DNA of 64,000 nt from Eledone cirrhosa (lineage: Eukaryota). A program made the translations under genes and the position numbers. The stretch spans positions 360,406,001 to 360,470,000 of the forward strand of contig OZ024741.1 in NCBI GenBank assembly GCA_964016885.1. The letters run 5' to 3'. Of the stretch, positions 51,970-64,000 are shown in pieces (the first letter of the stretch is position 1; each line of letters starts with the position of its first letter). The notes beneath the pieces are model-generated. The model was not told where the DNA came from, searched no databases, and worked only from the letters and a program-made list of their open reading frames with translations.

Positions 51970-52166
51970 CCCTTTAGCATTCACATTACTCTATATATAC
52001 TATTATATTTTCATGGTAAAGGCTTTACCTCGCATAATATCGAATCTATGAGATTTTGAAAGTATTTATTTTGAGAACAATACCTTAACATCAGTATGAG
52101 TGGCCAATTACAGCCAGTTTCAACAGAAAGAGGTAGAGAATTCTGGCCAGTTTGAACATTAAAGGG
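51970..52166. mobile_element. piggyBac-like MITE with TTAA TSD, nested in another MITE
   Basis: TTAA|CCCTTTAGCATT ... ATTAAAGGG|TTAA, inserted at the TTAA of the common ~250-bp MITE also seen at 8596-8853, 25626-25858 and 56640-57066. Confidence 0.8.
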
Positions 52167-52328
52167 TTAAGCTAGTGTTTAAAGCATAGCTTATCAAATT
52201 ATGAAAATTCTTTTAAGTAAATATAAACCATTTAAAACAAAGTTTTGCATCATAGAACCAGAGGTGGTTTCATGGAGTTTTGCATCAAAAAGTTTAATTG
52301 AGACATGAATTAAAAACAAAATATTTAC

Positions 52329-52365
52329 CTAATGATGGCAGCAGATACTTTGTCAACATATCCAC
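52329..52365 (-). CDS. HRC: HRC-like gene internal exon, 37 bp: (G)GYVDKVSAAII(S)
   Basis: Acceptor tatgttttcag, donor AG|gtaaat, phases consistent; resembles HRC PGSYVDYFSSSL. Confidence 0.85.
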
Positions 52366-53344
52366 CTGAAAACATATAGAAACACCATCAGCACAAGAGT
52401 ATAAGAACAAGATTACAATGTTATTCCTTTATACATTTATATTAAGTAAAAACTATTATATTTCCATGTGTCAAGTTTAGAATAAATATACTGCAATCTT
52501 GCATATCATAAAAGGTGGCTAAAAATGTTAACTCTAGGTTCTAAAACATTTCTTCTAAAAGAACCCCCATCACAGGGTTCACAAGGCTAACTCCTGTTTT
52601 AGTAAGGAAATGGCCTTAAAATGCTTGTTGTTTAGTTGATAGTTTCCTTAATTAGAAAGGACACTTATTACAAGAGCTATAAACATGAAACTTAGGTTAC
52701 AATTTACGAGAAATGAGTTTAACTTCTCTTTACTTGTGTCGGTAATGAGTTAAATGGACTGGCTACTCAAAACATTTCTAGCAATTTGTAGTTGGATGCA
52801 CTTTACAGCATGTATCAACCACATAGCCATGAAGTGGAAATGGTACTGCTACTATTACATAAGTTACTATGATGTTAGTAATAGAAAAAGATATTTCTTA
52901 AAATCCATAATCCATTACCTTATATTCCAAGAAGCCACATATCTGATAATCTTAACCACTCAGCTTCGAATATAATTATCTTACATGATATTTTTAGATA
53001 ATTATTTGATGAAGGAGCAACAGGATATTACTGATCCACCCTTTATAAATATTACATGTAATAATCTATTGGTAATGAGTGAATTAGACAAAAATTATGC
53101 AAAAGCAATCTCTATAATAATGATTGTACTAGATTTGTTTGTCCATCTCTAATATTCTAAAATTTTCCAAATAAAGTGCTTTACTCAAGGGCACAATGCA
53201 TTACCCAGTCTGGAAGTTTACCCCATGACCTTATCATTATGAGCCTTAACCACCAATTTATGCTCTTTCACATTACTGTCAATGATAAAAGTGTTAATCC
53301 TCCCATAATTTATACTTCAAAACAAAAAGTTGAAAACATCTTAC

Positions 53345-53399
53345 CTGGTTTACAGAAGGTGTCACAGACTGCAGAACAAAGATGGCAGTACTTACAATA
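53345..53399 (-). CDS. HRC: HRC-like gene internal exon, 55 bp: YCKYCHLCSAVCDTFCKP
   Basis: Acceptor ttcttttaccttttcag, donor CAG|gtaaga; resembles HRC HCQFCYLCPLVCETVCAP. Confidence 0.88.
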
Positions 53400-53875
53400 C
53401 TGAAAAGGTAAAAGAATTATCATTATGCCAGTTTTTTCCAAACAACTCCTATACATAAGTTATTTATAACAAAACACTCTTCTTACCAGCAACCATTGTA
53501 AATTAGATGTATTTTAGTAGCACATTGCTGTTTACTTTTCATGTACAACACTTATGATATGATTTGAAATGGTGGCTAATTTAAAAAAAAATTCTTTATT
53601 GTTTAGTCAAAGAAGGCAAGCAGTGTCCATGACCTTTTTTAGGGCCTCTGGGACCAGTGAGAAACACGCCTCTAACTTGACCAAACCAATTTGATGTAGT
53701 GTATTTATAGTAAAAAATCCAACTTCAATAATAAGTATTGCTAGCTTTAAGTAATAACCTTAAATGAAAATCACAATAGTGATAGACAAGACTATAGTCA
53801 CAAAATCACAAATCAATTTCCCAGTTTCCACTATAAAGTAAAATTTGGTAGTGTCAAAAGAAATAGGTTACTTAC

Positions 53876-53947
53876 TTTACACATATCGCAGTTGGGTTTG
53901 TGAGCAGATTTTGTACAAGGACAGTCTTTATCACAAAGGGTACAGAA
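53876..53947 (-). CDS. HRC: HRC-like gene internal exon, 72 bp: FCTLCDKDCPCTKSAHKPNCDMCK
   Basis: Acceptor ttctgtttttgttttag, donor AAA|gtaagt; CxxC array matches the HRC Cys-rich domain. The upstream exon was not found in the window. Confidence 0.88.
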
Positions 53948-56900
53948 CTAAAACAAAAACAGAATAAACATATTTAAAATTATGAAACTTGAAAACTAGA
54001 GAATTTATACTATAAAGTGATTTACAAGGAGTAATAGTGAATCCATTGAAATTTGATTGAAAGACAATGAGCTGATATATTTAAATTAATAATTTACACA
54101 GAAGAGATAACTGTGCTGGTTATTATGGACACATGATGTTAATAGATGAGAGTTTGTGAAAAAGTGCCCTGGGCTCTCAAAAGAAAATACGCTAGAAAAA
54201 AGCTAAAATGTAGCAAATTCACATCTGAGAATAAAAGATTGAGATAAATGATGAGATGGTTCAGGTCAGACTAGGTCCTTCCTTTTTTAGGACAGAGGGT
54301 AATTGAGATTTGGCAGTTATTTCTAAGTCTAAGTGACTACATAGAGGCTCTCACATTTGTTTGATATACTTTAGGATATTTAGTCCAGTGATCTACGATT
54401 CTTCCAACCTATCCCTTAAACCGGCTATATCTGGCAAGAATTCTCTCACCTCTTTCTGTTAAAACTGGCCGCTCCTACTTATGTTAAGGTATTGTTCTCA
54501 AAATAAATAACATCTCATAGATTCGATATTGTGTGAGGTAAAGCCTTTACCATGAAAATATAATAGTAAATATAGAGTAATGTAAATGGTAACAGTTAAT
54601 ATATGAAAATAATAAAGAAAGACAACTTTTGCCCCTGAATACTCAGAGAAATACATCTGGATTTTATAAAAAGCACTTTGTAAGCAACTTTAGATCATTA
54701 CCATCATACAATAATATTTTGATTGATAAAGCATCTTTTGTCGAAGATAATGCTGATGTTTCTTTCATTTGTTAAAACTCTATATAATTAAATAGTTCTA
54801 CACATTTAAATTATTATGAATTGCCAGAACAAGTGACAATCTAATTTTAATACAACAGGAAACAAAATTGCTTTAGAGAATTTATTCAAATGAAAATATA
54901 AGTTCTCATTAAATTTTATTATAAGACATTTTATTTCATAGAACCTCTGAATTTTCTCATAGAACCCTAGTAAACTCTATGGTCTACAGTCGACAGGTGC
55001 TTACAGTACAATGGATGTATTATGTTGTGGTAATTAGTGCAGCATTTTAAACCTTATTCCTGCATGTCGTAAGACGTAACCAAAAGGGTTTAACATCAGG
55101 ATGGGCACCTGGTTATAAAACACTGCCTCAAAACTTCCCATCCAAGCTGTGCCAACAAAAAAAATAAATTTAAAAAAGCCGCTGTGCCCCAAGCCTTAAA
55201 TTAAACATAGGCTATTTCAATGAAATTAAATAATTTTAAGATGTCATTTTGGTGAACATATTTGATGAATGGAATACTAAAAAGTTAAAGTAGAATAATA
55301 TACAATGTCAGATGGAAAAAAAAATCAATAACTCATCAACATTGTTTTATGTCCATTTGCTATGTTGGCACAGGTTGAAGAAGACATTTTTGAGACAGTT
55401 GTTTATGCAGGGCTGCATTAGTGATGTCAAATGCAAAGTGAAGAAACACACACACACAGATTTATAAATACACACACATGTACGATGACAGGCATTTTAC
55501 AGTTGCTGTTTACTACTCATAAGGCATTGGTCAGTTCAAGGCTATAGTAGAAGACATTTACCCAAGGTGACATGCAGTGGTATGAAACTGAAAAACCACA
55601 TGGTTTCGAAACAAACTTCTGAGCTACACACACCCAGCCTGCATCTATTATGACTTTTAATCATTAATTTTCCAACAATAAAGGAGATAATTCGAAACAA
55701 ATTTCTGCCTTAATTTGACTTCATCAGTGAAGCCTTGCTTTAAATTAGTTTTGCAATTCGCACCACATATTTTATAGTTCCATAACTCTATGATAGCTAC
55801 ACTCCCCCAAAGCATTACTAGACTGCAGTCATGCTAGGACACCTCCTTGAAGGGATATTAGCTGATCATATTGATCCCTATACTTTCTTTTTTCAGGTTT
55901 GATATCTATCTTATCTAACAACTAGATTACAAGACATAAACATACATGGACAGACACAAACACACATACATGTATGACAGGTTTCCGCACAGTGTCTGTC
56001 TACCAAGTTTCTCTCACAAGGCATTACTTAACCCGAGTCTACAGAAGATTAAACCCCAAACCACATGGTTGCAAAGTGAATTCCTTAATGATACAACCAC
56101 ATTGTTAAATAATTTATAATTAACCTTCCTGTTTTTGTAAGTCACTCATAATTATTGCTAGGTTCTGTTTTTCTCTCCAACTCAGCTCTTAATTTTTAAT
56201 CCAAATTCATATCATTGGAACACTTTAGTTATTTTCCCTTAACTCATTTTTTTAACATCCTGTAATGATTTAATAGAAAATATCTAAAGACAGGTTTGTT
56301 AAGTCAAATGTTCATAGTATCTTTATAGATTGTAAATATTTGAAATATTAGAGCAAAGACTTTAAACTTTAATGTGAAGTAATCAGTGCTGTTTTGAACT
56401 TTACAAGAATGTTTTCCTAATATGGTTTCATGTGACAAGGACATTAAGAGTTAGGTAACATTTATAGATATAAATGGAATGGAAATTCCTCTGCTCTTTG
56501 TCAGGTTTTGTTTTTCATCGTGCAGGTTGTCCATAATCACCCTCTTCACCAAGCAAACTGGGTGGGATTGCCGGTTTAGTTGCAAATGACCTAGGTTGAA
56601 CTGGGTTACATGTTAGCAACAGTACTAAAGAGTGACCTCTAACCCTTTCATTATCATATTTCTAATGAAAATATGCTGTCCATGATTTTCAAAATATTTT
56701 GAAAATAATCAACAATTTGGAGGAATTTAGCAATATAATTAACTTACTCATTATTTATCTGGTATTTGGAACAAAGATTCTTGCTCTTAAATGCAATGGA
56801 AAGTTTTTTTTAGACCAATATAAACACTTTTGATACCAAATCATCTGAAACCACCCCTAGTTCTACAATACAAAATGGTTTTGAAGTGTTTATGTTTATC

Positions 56901-58139
56901 TAAAAACCCCCCATCATAATTTTATGTAGGAATCAATGTTCCAAATGCCAGCATAAAAATGTTAAAGATATTTTACTAAATTCCTCCAAATTCTTGGTTA
57001 TTTTCAAAATTATTTGAAAATTAGTGGCAGTGTCTTATATTACAAATATGGAAAAGAGAAGGTTAATCAATTCTTGCAGCAGTGGAAATATATTCTGTAA
57101 GAGGTTATTGAAATGAATATTTGTAGTAACATTTCAATTTTTTCTTTTTCCTTTCTTTTCCGAGTCAAGCATATAACTCAGAAACTTATGCGATTCTGTT
57201 CTAGCAAGCCAGCAAGGGAGCTGCAACATTAACCAGAGCTTAACCAGTTAAACATTAATAGCAGCCACTCAAACTACACACTACTGACTTTGAAAAGAAC
57301 ATGTTGAATAATGTGGTGCTGGGTTCATTGTGCCTGATGTTCATGGCTGGAATGCCTTTGTTAAGGATTGACCTGGAGTTAAACAACAACTTTTGAAGTA
57401 TATAACTGATGGAAGAGCTATTACAACACTAGAGACAGTGGGTAAAAGAGGCATTAAACCCTTAAAGACTCTACATAGATTTCAGTCACTATATGTGTCT
57501 TATGTTTCTGGAGGCTCAGCAGACTGGAGCTTATCTCAGTTTCTTTGGTGTTAAACATGTACAAGAGTCCAAAGCAGGGTTAACACACAGCTGCTTCTCA
57601 TACTCATTTTCAGACAAATTGACTGGAACAACATGAAATGAAGTGTTTTGCTCAAGAACACAATGTGCCACTTGGTCCAGGAATCAAACCCACATTACAA
57701 TTGTAATCCCAACACCCTAACCACTAGGCCACACTCCATTATCTAAACAAGAATGTTAAATATGGAAATAGTTTACTCTTTATACATTCACTACTACCCA
57801 ACATAGGAAGTATGTGTTTTCCCTGAAACAATTCTCTTTCTGATCACACATAACTACACAAGCATTAGTCATTTTGACATTCAAGACAGAGAAATACCGA
57901 AGAACCAAATCTCTAAGCACTAGACTTATTGTATCAAATCTTTTTTAGGCTAGACTGTCCCAGTCATGAACATTTTTCTTTCAGCTTTTAACCTATTTCC
58001 CCAACATGTATCACTGCCAGTTTTCTCTTTATTAACTACCCCAATCAATGAAATTGAAAGGCAAACAGATTTGTAAGCTATAGAAGATAAAAAAAGAACA
58101 TTGTTTTGAACTTGATCCAGAATAGTACTCACACACACC

Positions 58140-58174
<35 letters not shown>

Positions 58175-60539
58175 CTGTTGATTTATAAATAGAAAAATAA
58201 AGATTTACTGATGAGATGACTCAATAAATGTAGCTGAGTGGTATTATATGTCATATGTATCTTGGCTAACTGAGTGAACCATGCAGTCTGGGTGAATTAG
58301 TCTTTGCTTCAGTCAAATTCGAGTGACAGTCAACCAAGATACATGACACACACACACATTATATATAATATATATATACATATTTATATTTGAAAAAAAA
58401 AAAAGGAGACAAATGACTTCACTGGTGGTTGGTTTGTTATTGATAATAGTTCTAGTAGGTCCTTGTTAACAAGTGCTTTTGGCAGCAGATCCATGAGGGA
58501 GAAAATGTGGAGCATGCCCAGTTTTCCATGCTAGTATGCATTGGTTGGACAAAAGAGGTGTATCAGGGGCAATTATGCAAGTTGGACATGGATGAGGTGA
58601 GTGGGATATATAACAGGTAAGATGGGGGTAAGACTAGGAAGGGTGAATTGGAAAGAGGGTAGATGATTGATGCAGACAAGTGTGTTCAACATGTTTGTTC
58701 CAACCTGTGCATATGGGAAGTCAGGTTTGCTGCAGTACAGCATAATGTCAGAGATCTCAATCCTGTCATCTTTGAAAGGTTTAAATGTGCAAAGTCAGCT
58801 TTTATCACTTCATCCCAAGCTTTCCTAGGTCTTCCTTTTCCATACTTTCCATCGACTTGAGCGCCCTTCCTTTTTTTTATAGTTCTTGATCACCACATGC
58901 ATTACATGTCCATACTGCAGCAATCTCCTTTTCTGCACACAGCACCTGACCCCTCCTATGCTCAATTTCTCTCTCAGTTAATTGACACCTTGCCATTCAA
59001 GCACACTACTATTACACATTCATCAAAGCATGTAAGCATCATTTCTTTAACTTCAGCCCTCATTTGCAATTGAGTATGCATCATGTTTTCGCTAAGGGTT
59101 TTAGGTGTTCATGAAGTTTTGAGCAGACACAGACATCCTTGCAACCTTCCTGCCTTTGATCCAGCAAAACATCCAGAAAGTGATAGTAGGACGGAAAGAG
59201 GGCTGCAGCAGCATTGGGTTGGTACTGACTTTATCAACTCCAAAAGAATGAAAGGTAATGTGGACCTCAGCAGCATTTAAACTCAGAATACAGAATGTTT
59301 AGAACACACAGTTTGATGCAAATGATTCACCTTTTTAAAACATTTGAAAACTTTTAATTCAATTTTTTTTATGTAATTGGTAAAAAGAATTGCCAGATGT
59401 TAAATAAAAACTAGACATTTCTTTTACATCTACCACTGTGTATTATGCAAATACAGTTGATAGTTCTTTATCTGAAATTCGAAAACTTCCAAAATGTTTA
59501 ATTCCACAAATTTAAAAAAACTTTTTGATACTAAACTGCTCTTGTTCTATGATATACTAAGCTGTTTATTTTAAAGTTTATATTTATCTAAACATTTTCC
59601 ATCATAATTTTAAGTAACAACCATGTTCCAATCATTAACTTAATCATAACCAATTTCTTGATTATTTTAAAAATTATTTTTCATTAGAAATATGATAAAC
59701 GGGTTAAATAAATTTAACTAGTTTAGTGGGGATTTTTTAAAAATATCAAACAGTGAAAAAATGTTTTGTTAAAATTATTTCACTATTTTATAACTTTAGT
59801 TCATTTTATATATTCTTAATTGTTTAACACTTATTTTGATGACTTGGAGTAAAACAGCATTTTCACTATCATAAAAGTGGTTTCCACATAAATTTGCTGT
59901 TCCATAATGTAAAAATAATTTGATTTGCTGTAGATTACCCATAATACTTTGGTGATGGTGATCAAAGTATTGACCACAAATTCTAGCTATGCATGTCTAA
60001 CATGCTCCATTTCTTTAAAATTTTATCTATATAACTGTATAGCCTTTTTGTCAGGTTGTCAAAAATGTTTTTTTTAGAATTCATAGAATACAAATAATAC
60101 AAATATAAGACAAAAATGCGGGAAGGGGTATTCTAAAATGCATCCATTAACACCAGATATCAGTATTCTTTCAAAATTGTTGTCAATCTTTGTGTATGTG
60201 TATAATCCTCAAACATAGCTCTAATAAAGTTTAGTGAAGAAAAATATTACTTGTTCCAAACAGTAGGCTATGTACTAGTTGCTATAACAGTTTTGTCCTC
60301 ATTTATTTCAAAGTATTATTGCTAGAGCAGTATTATTATCATTTTCGGTAGTGTCGGACATGCTTTGCAACATATAGTTACGTCCCTTTGTGTTCTGAGT
60401 TCAAATCCTTTCACCCTTATGGGGGTTGATGTAATCAACTTTCCCTTCTCCCTAAATCACAAACCATTATCATTGATAGCATTCATTTGAAAAAATGAAA
60501 GGATATCATTGAACATTAATACTGCCATTATGCGAATAA

Positions 60540-60930
60540 TATATTCTGGTCATCTGGGTCCTCCAGCCTCACAGCAACAGACCACTATGCTCTTCCATCT
60601 TTCTCTGTCAAGGCCTGGTGCTTGGAACCAGTTTGTGCCACACCTGTGCAGGTCATCGTTTAGGGTGGATTTCCAAGTCTTCTTTGGCCTACCATGACAT
60701 TGCAGTTCTTGATAGTATATTGTCCTTCATTTACAGGACATACCCTGCCAGCTGCATTCTTCTGTCTTTCATGAAGCACATCCTCGTTTATGATCTTGTC
60801 TTGCCATCTGATGCCCAAGATCTTTTGGAGGCATCTTTGTTGGAAAGTATCAAGTTGTTGTTCAGGTCTGGCAGTATTCTTCCATGTGTCAGCAGCATAG
60901 GATGTTGTTGAGATAACAACTGACCAGAAC
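60540..60930 (-). mobile_element. RTE-clade LINE C-terminal remnant
   Basis: SYAADTWKNT...LDTFQQRCLQKILGIRWQDKIINEDVL. Confidence 0.75.
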
Positions 60931-61117
60931 ATAGTTTGTTTTATAAGTATTTAAAGAAAAAAAAGGGTCGCGTAGAGGTGACTCAATCTTTAATATTTAT
61001 TTAGCAGCTATTTCTAGTTTAACACGACTACTCCTTTTTAACTTCTTCAATGTGAGCAGAAATAAGAATTATTTTATTATTTATTTTGATCTTATAAAAT
61101 ATAAACCAGTAACTCAC

Positions 61118-62763
61118 AAAATAAACGCAACCATGCCTCTCCTGGTCTTGATGGTGTTACGTACCTGCTTCTTGTATGTGGTGGGTACTTCCTTCTGCAC
61201 CAGTTATCACGCTTCTTCCAATTCTGTCTGAACAACAGTGCTACTCCAGAACAGTGGAAAACTGCCAGTGTCATTCCTCTGTTCAAAAAGGGTGACCGCA
61301 CATCACCTGTGAACTATCGTCCAGTCAGTCTTACTAGTTGCATCGCCAAACTGATGGAATCCTGTGTCAGAGAAACACTTTGGAACTTCTGGAGCTCTCA
61401 CAGTCTTATCCGGCCCTCGCAATTTGGATTTATCCCCAACTCCAGCTGCTGTGATCAACTTATAGAGTTTCTTGAGGACAACACCCGGATCACTGATGGC
61501 GGCTCATGGGTGGATGTTGTTTACCTTGACTTTGCGAAAGCCTTCAATTCTGTGCCACACAAAAGGCTTATGGCAAAACTCTCTGCAATGGGTGTGAAGG
61601 ATGATCTTTTTAACTGGTTGAAGTCCTTCATTCTCAGTCGAAGAGAGGTAGTCACGGTTCTGGGACAGCATTCCTCACCATATGAGAAGTCATCTGGTGT
61701 ACCACAGGGATCTGTTCTTGGCCCCCTTTTGTTTGTGGCATATATTAATGACATAGATGCCAACTTAAAGAATGCCACGGTACTAAAGTACGCAGATGAC
61801 ATCAAGCTGTACCTTGAGATAAAAAACACAGATCCTGAACACTATAGATCTTGCTTGCAGTCTGACCTGGACACAATGCAACAATGGATCTCAGACTGGC
61901 AACTCAAGCTAGCTGTGGACAAGTGCACCACCATGCATTTTGGGAGTAAAAACCCAGCGTCCACATACTCCCTCCACAGCACTAATATCAAGAAGTCTTC
62001 TTGTGAACGTCACCTGGGCATTACGGTCAACAGCAATTTGCGTTGGACGAAGCACGTCTCTAAAATTGTCAAGAGGGCCGAGGGTGTCTTAGCATCACTC
62101 TGCAAGACCTTTGTCAGCTGCTCTCCAGATATCTATTTAAGGCTGTACATGGCTATGGTGCGGCCACACTTAGAATTTGCATCACCAGTCTGGAAGCCCT
62201 ATCTTGCTCAGAACATTGACCGCCTGGAAACTGTTCAGAGATGTGCAACCAAGCGAATAGCCTCCATCAGGCATCTACCATACTCTGAGCGCCTTGCTTC
62301 CCTGGGCATGGATACATTGAAGCTCATACGCCTGGCAACTGACTTGGTAAACACCCACAAAATTGTTAACCATCTTGCCAACAACAACCCTGAGTACCTT
62401 TTTGATTTCCATGTGTCTAACACACGTGGACATGCCCACAAAGTCAGAAAACAGCACAGTGCCCATGACTTTCGGAAACATTTTTTCACGCTCAGAGTTG
62501 CTGAAGCATGGAACAAACTACCTGCATCAGTTGTTAGCTGTCGAGACACTGCATCCTTTAAGGCCTCCATGCTTCCCGAGATCCGCCAACACTACAGCTA
62601 ATGTTCCCCTCCATACACATACACACATGTATACCATGACTCATACACTATTCACTTCCCTGACATTTGTGTATTATTCTCTGTACTATACATACACCTT
62701 TGACGAGTTGTAGTGCACCTGAGCACTTTACACAATAATTTCATTATTATTATTATTATTATT
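61118..62763 (+). mobile_element. CR1-group LINE, 5'-truncated, with intact RT frame and (ATT)n tail
   Basis: The frame is open from about 61120 (ASPGLDG...WKTASVIPLFKKG) to 62601; the tail is at 62744-62763. Confidence 0.93.
61309..62601 (+). CDS. LINE (CR1-group) reverse transcriptase domain and C-terminus; no endonuclease domain or true start codon
   Basis: NYRPVSLTS, QFGF, YLDFAKAF, GVPQGSVLGP, YADD and VRPHLEFA motifs. Confidence 0.85.
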   Translation: MNYRPVSLTSCIAKLMESCVRETLWNFWSSHSLIRPSQFGFIPNSSCCDQLIEFLEDNTRITDGGSWVDVVYLDFAKAFNSVPHKRLMAKLSAMGVKDDLFNWLKSFILSRREVVTVLGQHSSPYEKSSGVPQGSVLGPLLFVAYINDIDANLKNATVLKYADDIKLYLEIKNTDPEHYRSCLQSDLDTMQQWISDWQLKLAVDKCTTMHFGSKNPASTYSLHSTNIKKSSCERHLGITVNSNLRWTKHVSKIVKRAEGVLASLCKTFVSCSPDIYLRLYMAMVRPHLEFASPVWKPYLAQNIDRLETVQRCATKRIASIRHLPYSERLASLGMDTLKLIRLATDLVNTHKIVNHLANNNPEYLFDFHVSNTRGHAHKVRKQHSAHDFRKHFFTLRVAEAWNKLPASVVSCRDTASFKASMLPEIRQHYS

Positions 62764-63023
62764 TTTCAGAACCAAGAACTCAGGCAAATTTCTTAGTCAT
62801 GCTTGCGTCTACAGAGCAATGTAAGGCTGTGGTGATTGCATAAACTGGAAATCTACGGGAATTATTGATTATGGAGATCCACGATAAGAATCTAGATGAT
62901 AAATAGTGATTTCTAACTTAGTTACAACTTTTTGAAGAGGATCAAATCGATACCGGCCCATATCTTATTGACCCCGGAATGATTAAAAGCAAAAATAACA
63001 TTAACGGAACTGAGTTCATCGTA

Positions 63024-63203
63024 AATAATTGTTTCTACTTTAGGCACAAGGCCAGCAATTATCCAGTGCATTACTGGTACTTTATTTTATCGACCCCGTA
63101 AGGATGAAAGGCAAAGTCAACCTCGGCGGGATTTGAACTCAGATCGTAAAGGGACGTAACTATGCTGGAAAGCATGGCGTCCGACCCTCCACCGATACTG
63201 CCA
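63024..63203 (-). mobile_element. Family-A tRNA-derived SINE (young)
   Basis: Nearly identical to 21221-21400. Confidence 0.9.
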
Positions 63204-64000
63204 CTAGGCCAGCAAGTTTGTTTGGGGGGAAGGATCGGGTGATAAGTCGATTACATAGACTCCGGTGCTTGGCTGTTACGTTTACTTTCTTGACCACGGC
63301 GAGATTTGAACTCAAAATGTAAAGAGCCGGAACAAATATCTTAAGGCTTTATTTTTTCTGGATTCTGCCAATCCATCGCCCCTGAACTCAACGTAGATGT
63401 TGATTTCTATGAGGCAGGCGTCATCAAATTCGGAATAGAGTCGATTATATCGACGTCAGTACTTGGTTGATGCTTTATATTATCGACCCCAGAACGCTGC
63501 AAGCACAGGATTTGAACTCAGAACATAAAAAAGACAGTAGCTGCAAAGTCCAAGGCAATAATATAAGTAGTTTCTAATGCAGGTATGAAGTTTGATAGGG
63601 AATTAGGCCGACATGGAAATAAGACGTTATGACGACTATGCAAGTTTCAAAGCTTGTACGAGAAACACAGTGATTCTCAACGGTAATCGAAAGCAGATCG
63701 CTGGTAAAGTTTGAAAGGAACGAACGACCTTCTGCACTGCGGCGTTCATCAGGAAAAGACAAAAGTCAATACTGAAATTAGTCACTATCATTTTTAGAGG
63801 ATATATAAACCAGTATCGTAACCATTGCTACATAAAATATCTATTTAGAAGAAAAGAATTTAACAAATGTTAACGTTAGTTGGAACATGTAGTGCGGGAT
63901 AGGAGCACCAATAGACTAGAGATAGGTTAAATAACAAATATACAGATATGTGAACTTTTGTGTGCCTATAACGATTTTAAGAAGCGTCATATTCAAATTT

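Noticed and set aside
50359-53946. The +1 reading frame is also open for about 70 codons across the HRC-like exons
   Set aside because: This is expected from a Cys/Lys-rich coding frame with few NTA/NTG codons; the alternative peptide shows no recognisable motif.
55690-55735. Minus-strand CUGAUGA...GAAA motif
   Set aside because: Stems I and II do not pair convincingly; likely chance.
61309-62601. 430-aa RT ORF as a possible domesticated or novel reverse transcriptase
   Set aside because: It is an ordinary 5'-truncated CR1-group copy with an (ATT)n tail and three sibling copies in the window; it has no real start codon.

Overview
This is AT-rich, repeat-dense metazoan genomic DNA. Its SINE/LINE complement and microsatellite load look like a coleoid cephalopod (Octopus-like); that assignment is inference. 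One host gene is well supported: four minus-strand exons (53947-53876, 53399-53345, 52365-52329, 50413-50326) splice into an 83-aa Cys-rich C-terminus ending in KEEL, resembling the HRC (histidine-rich calcium-binding protein) Cys-rich domain. Its upstream exon was not found and probably lies beyond 64000. A second candidate first exon (ATG at 42125, minus strand) has been separated from its GTAAGT donor by a Tx1/L1 insertion with a perfect 12-bp target-site duplication. The rest is mostly mobile DNA: CR1-like and RTE LINEs, several CRE-clade remnants, a Penelope-like remnant, a mariner end, TTAA-flanked MITEs and tRNA-derived SINEs. The most unusual signal is a cluster of minimal type I hammerhead ribozyme motifs in short inserts bordered by (TA)n microsatellites (2.9-5.4 kb). 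One of them is duplicated inside a perfect inverted repeat with 152-bp arms. Repeat boundaries were read by eye and are approximate. Most short ORFs in the supplied track are spurious or repeat-derived.
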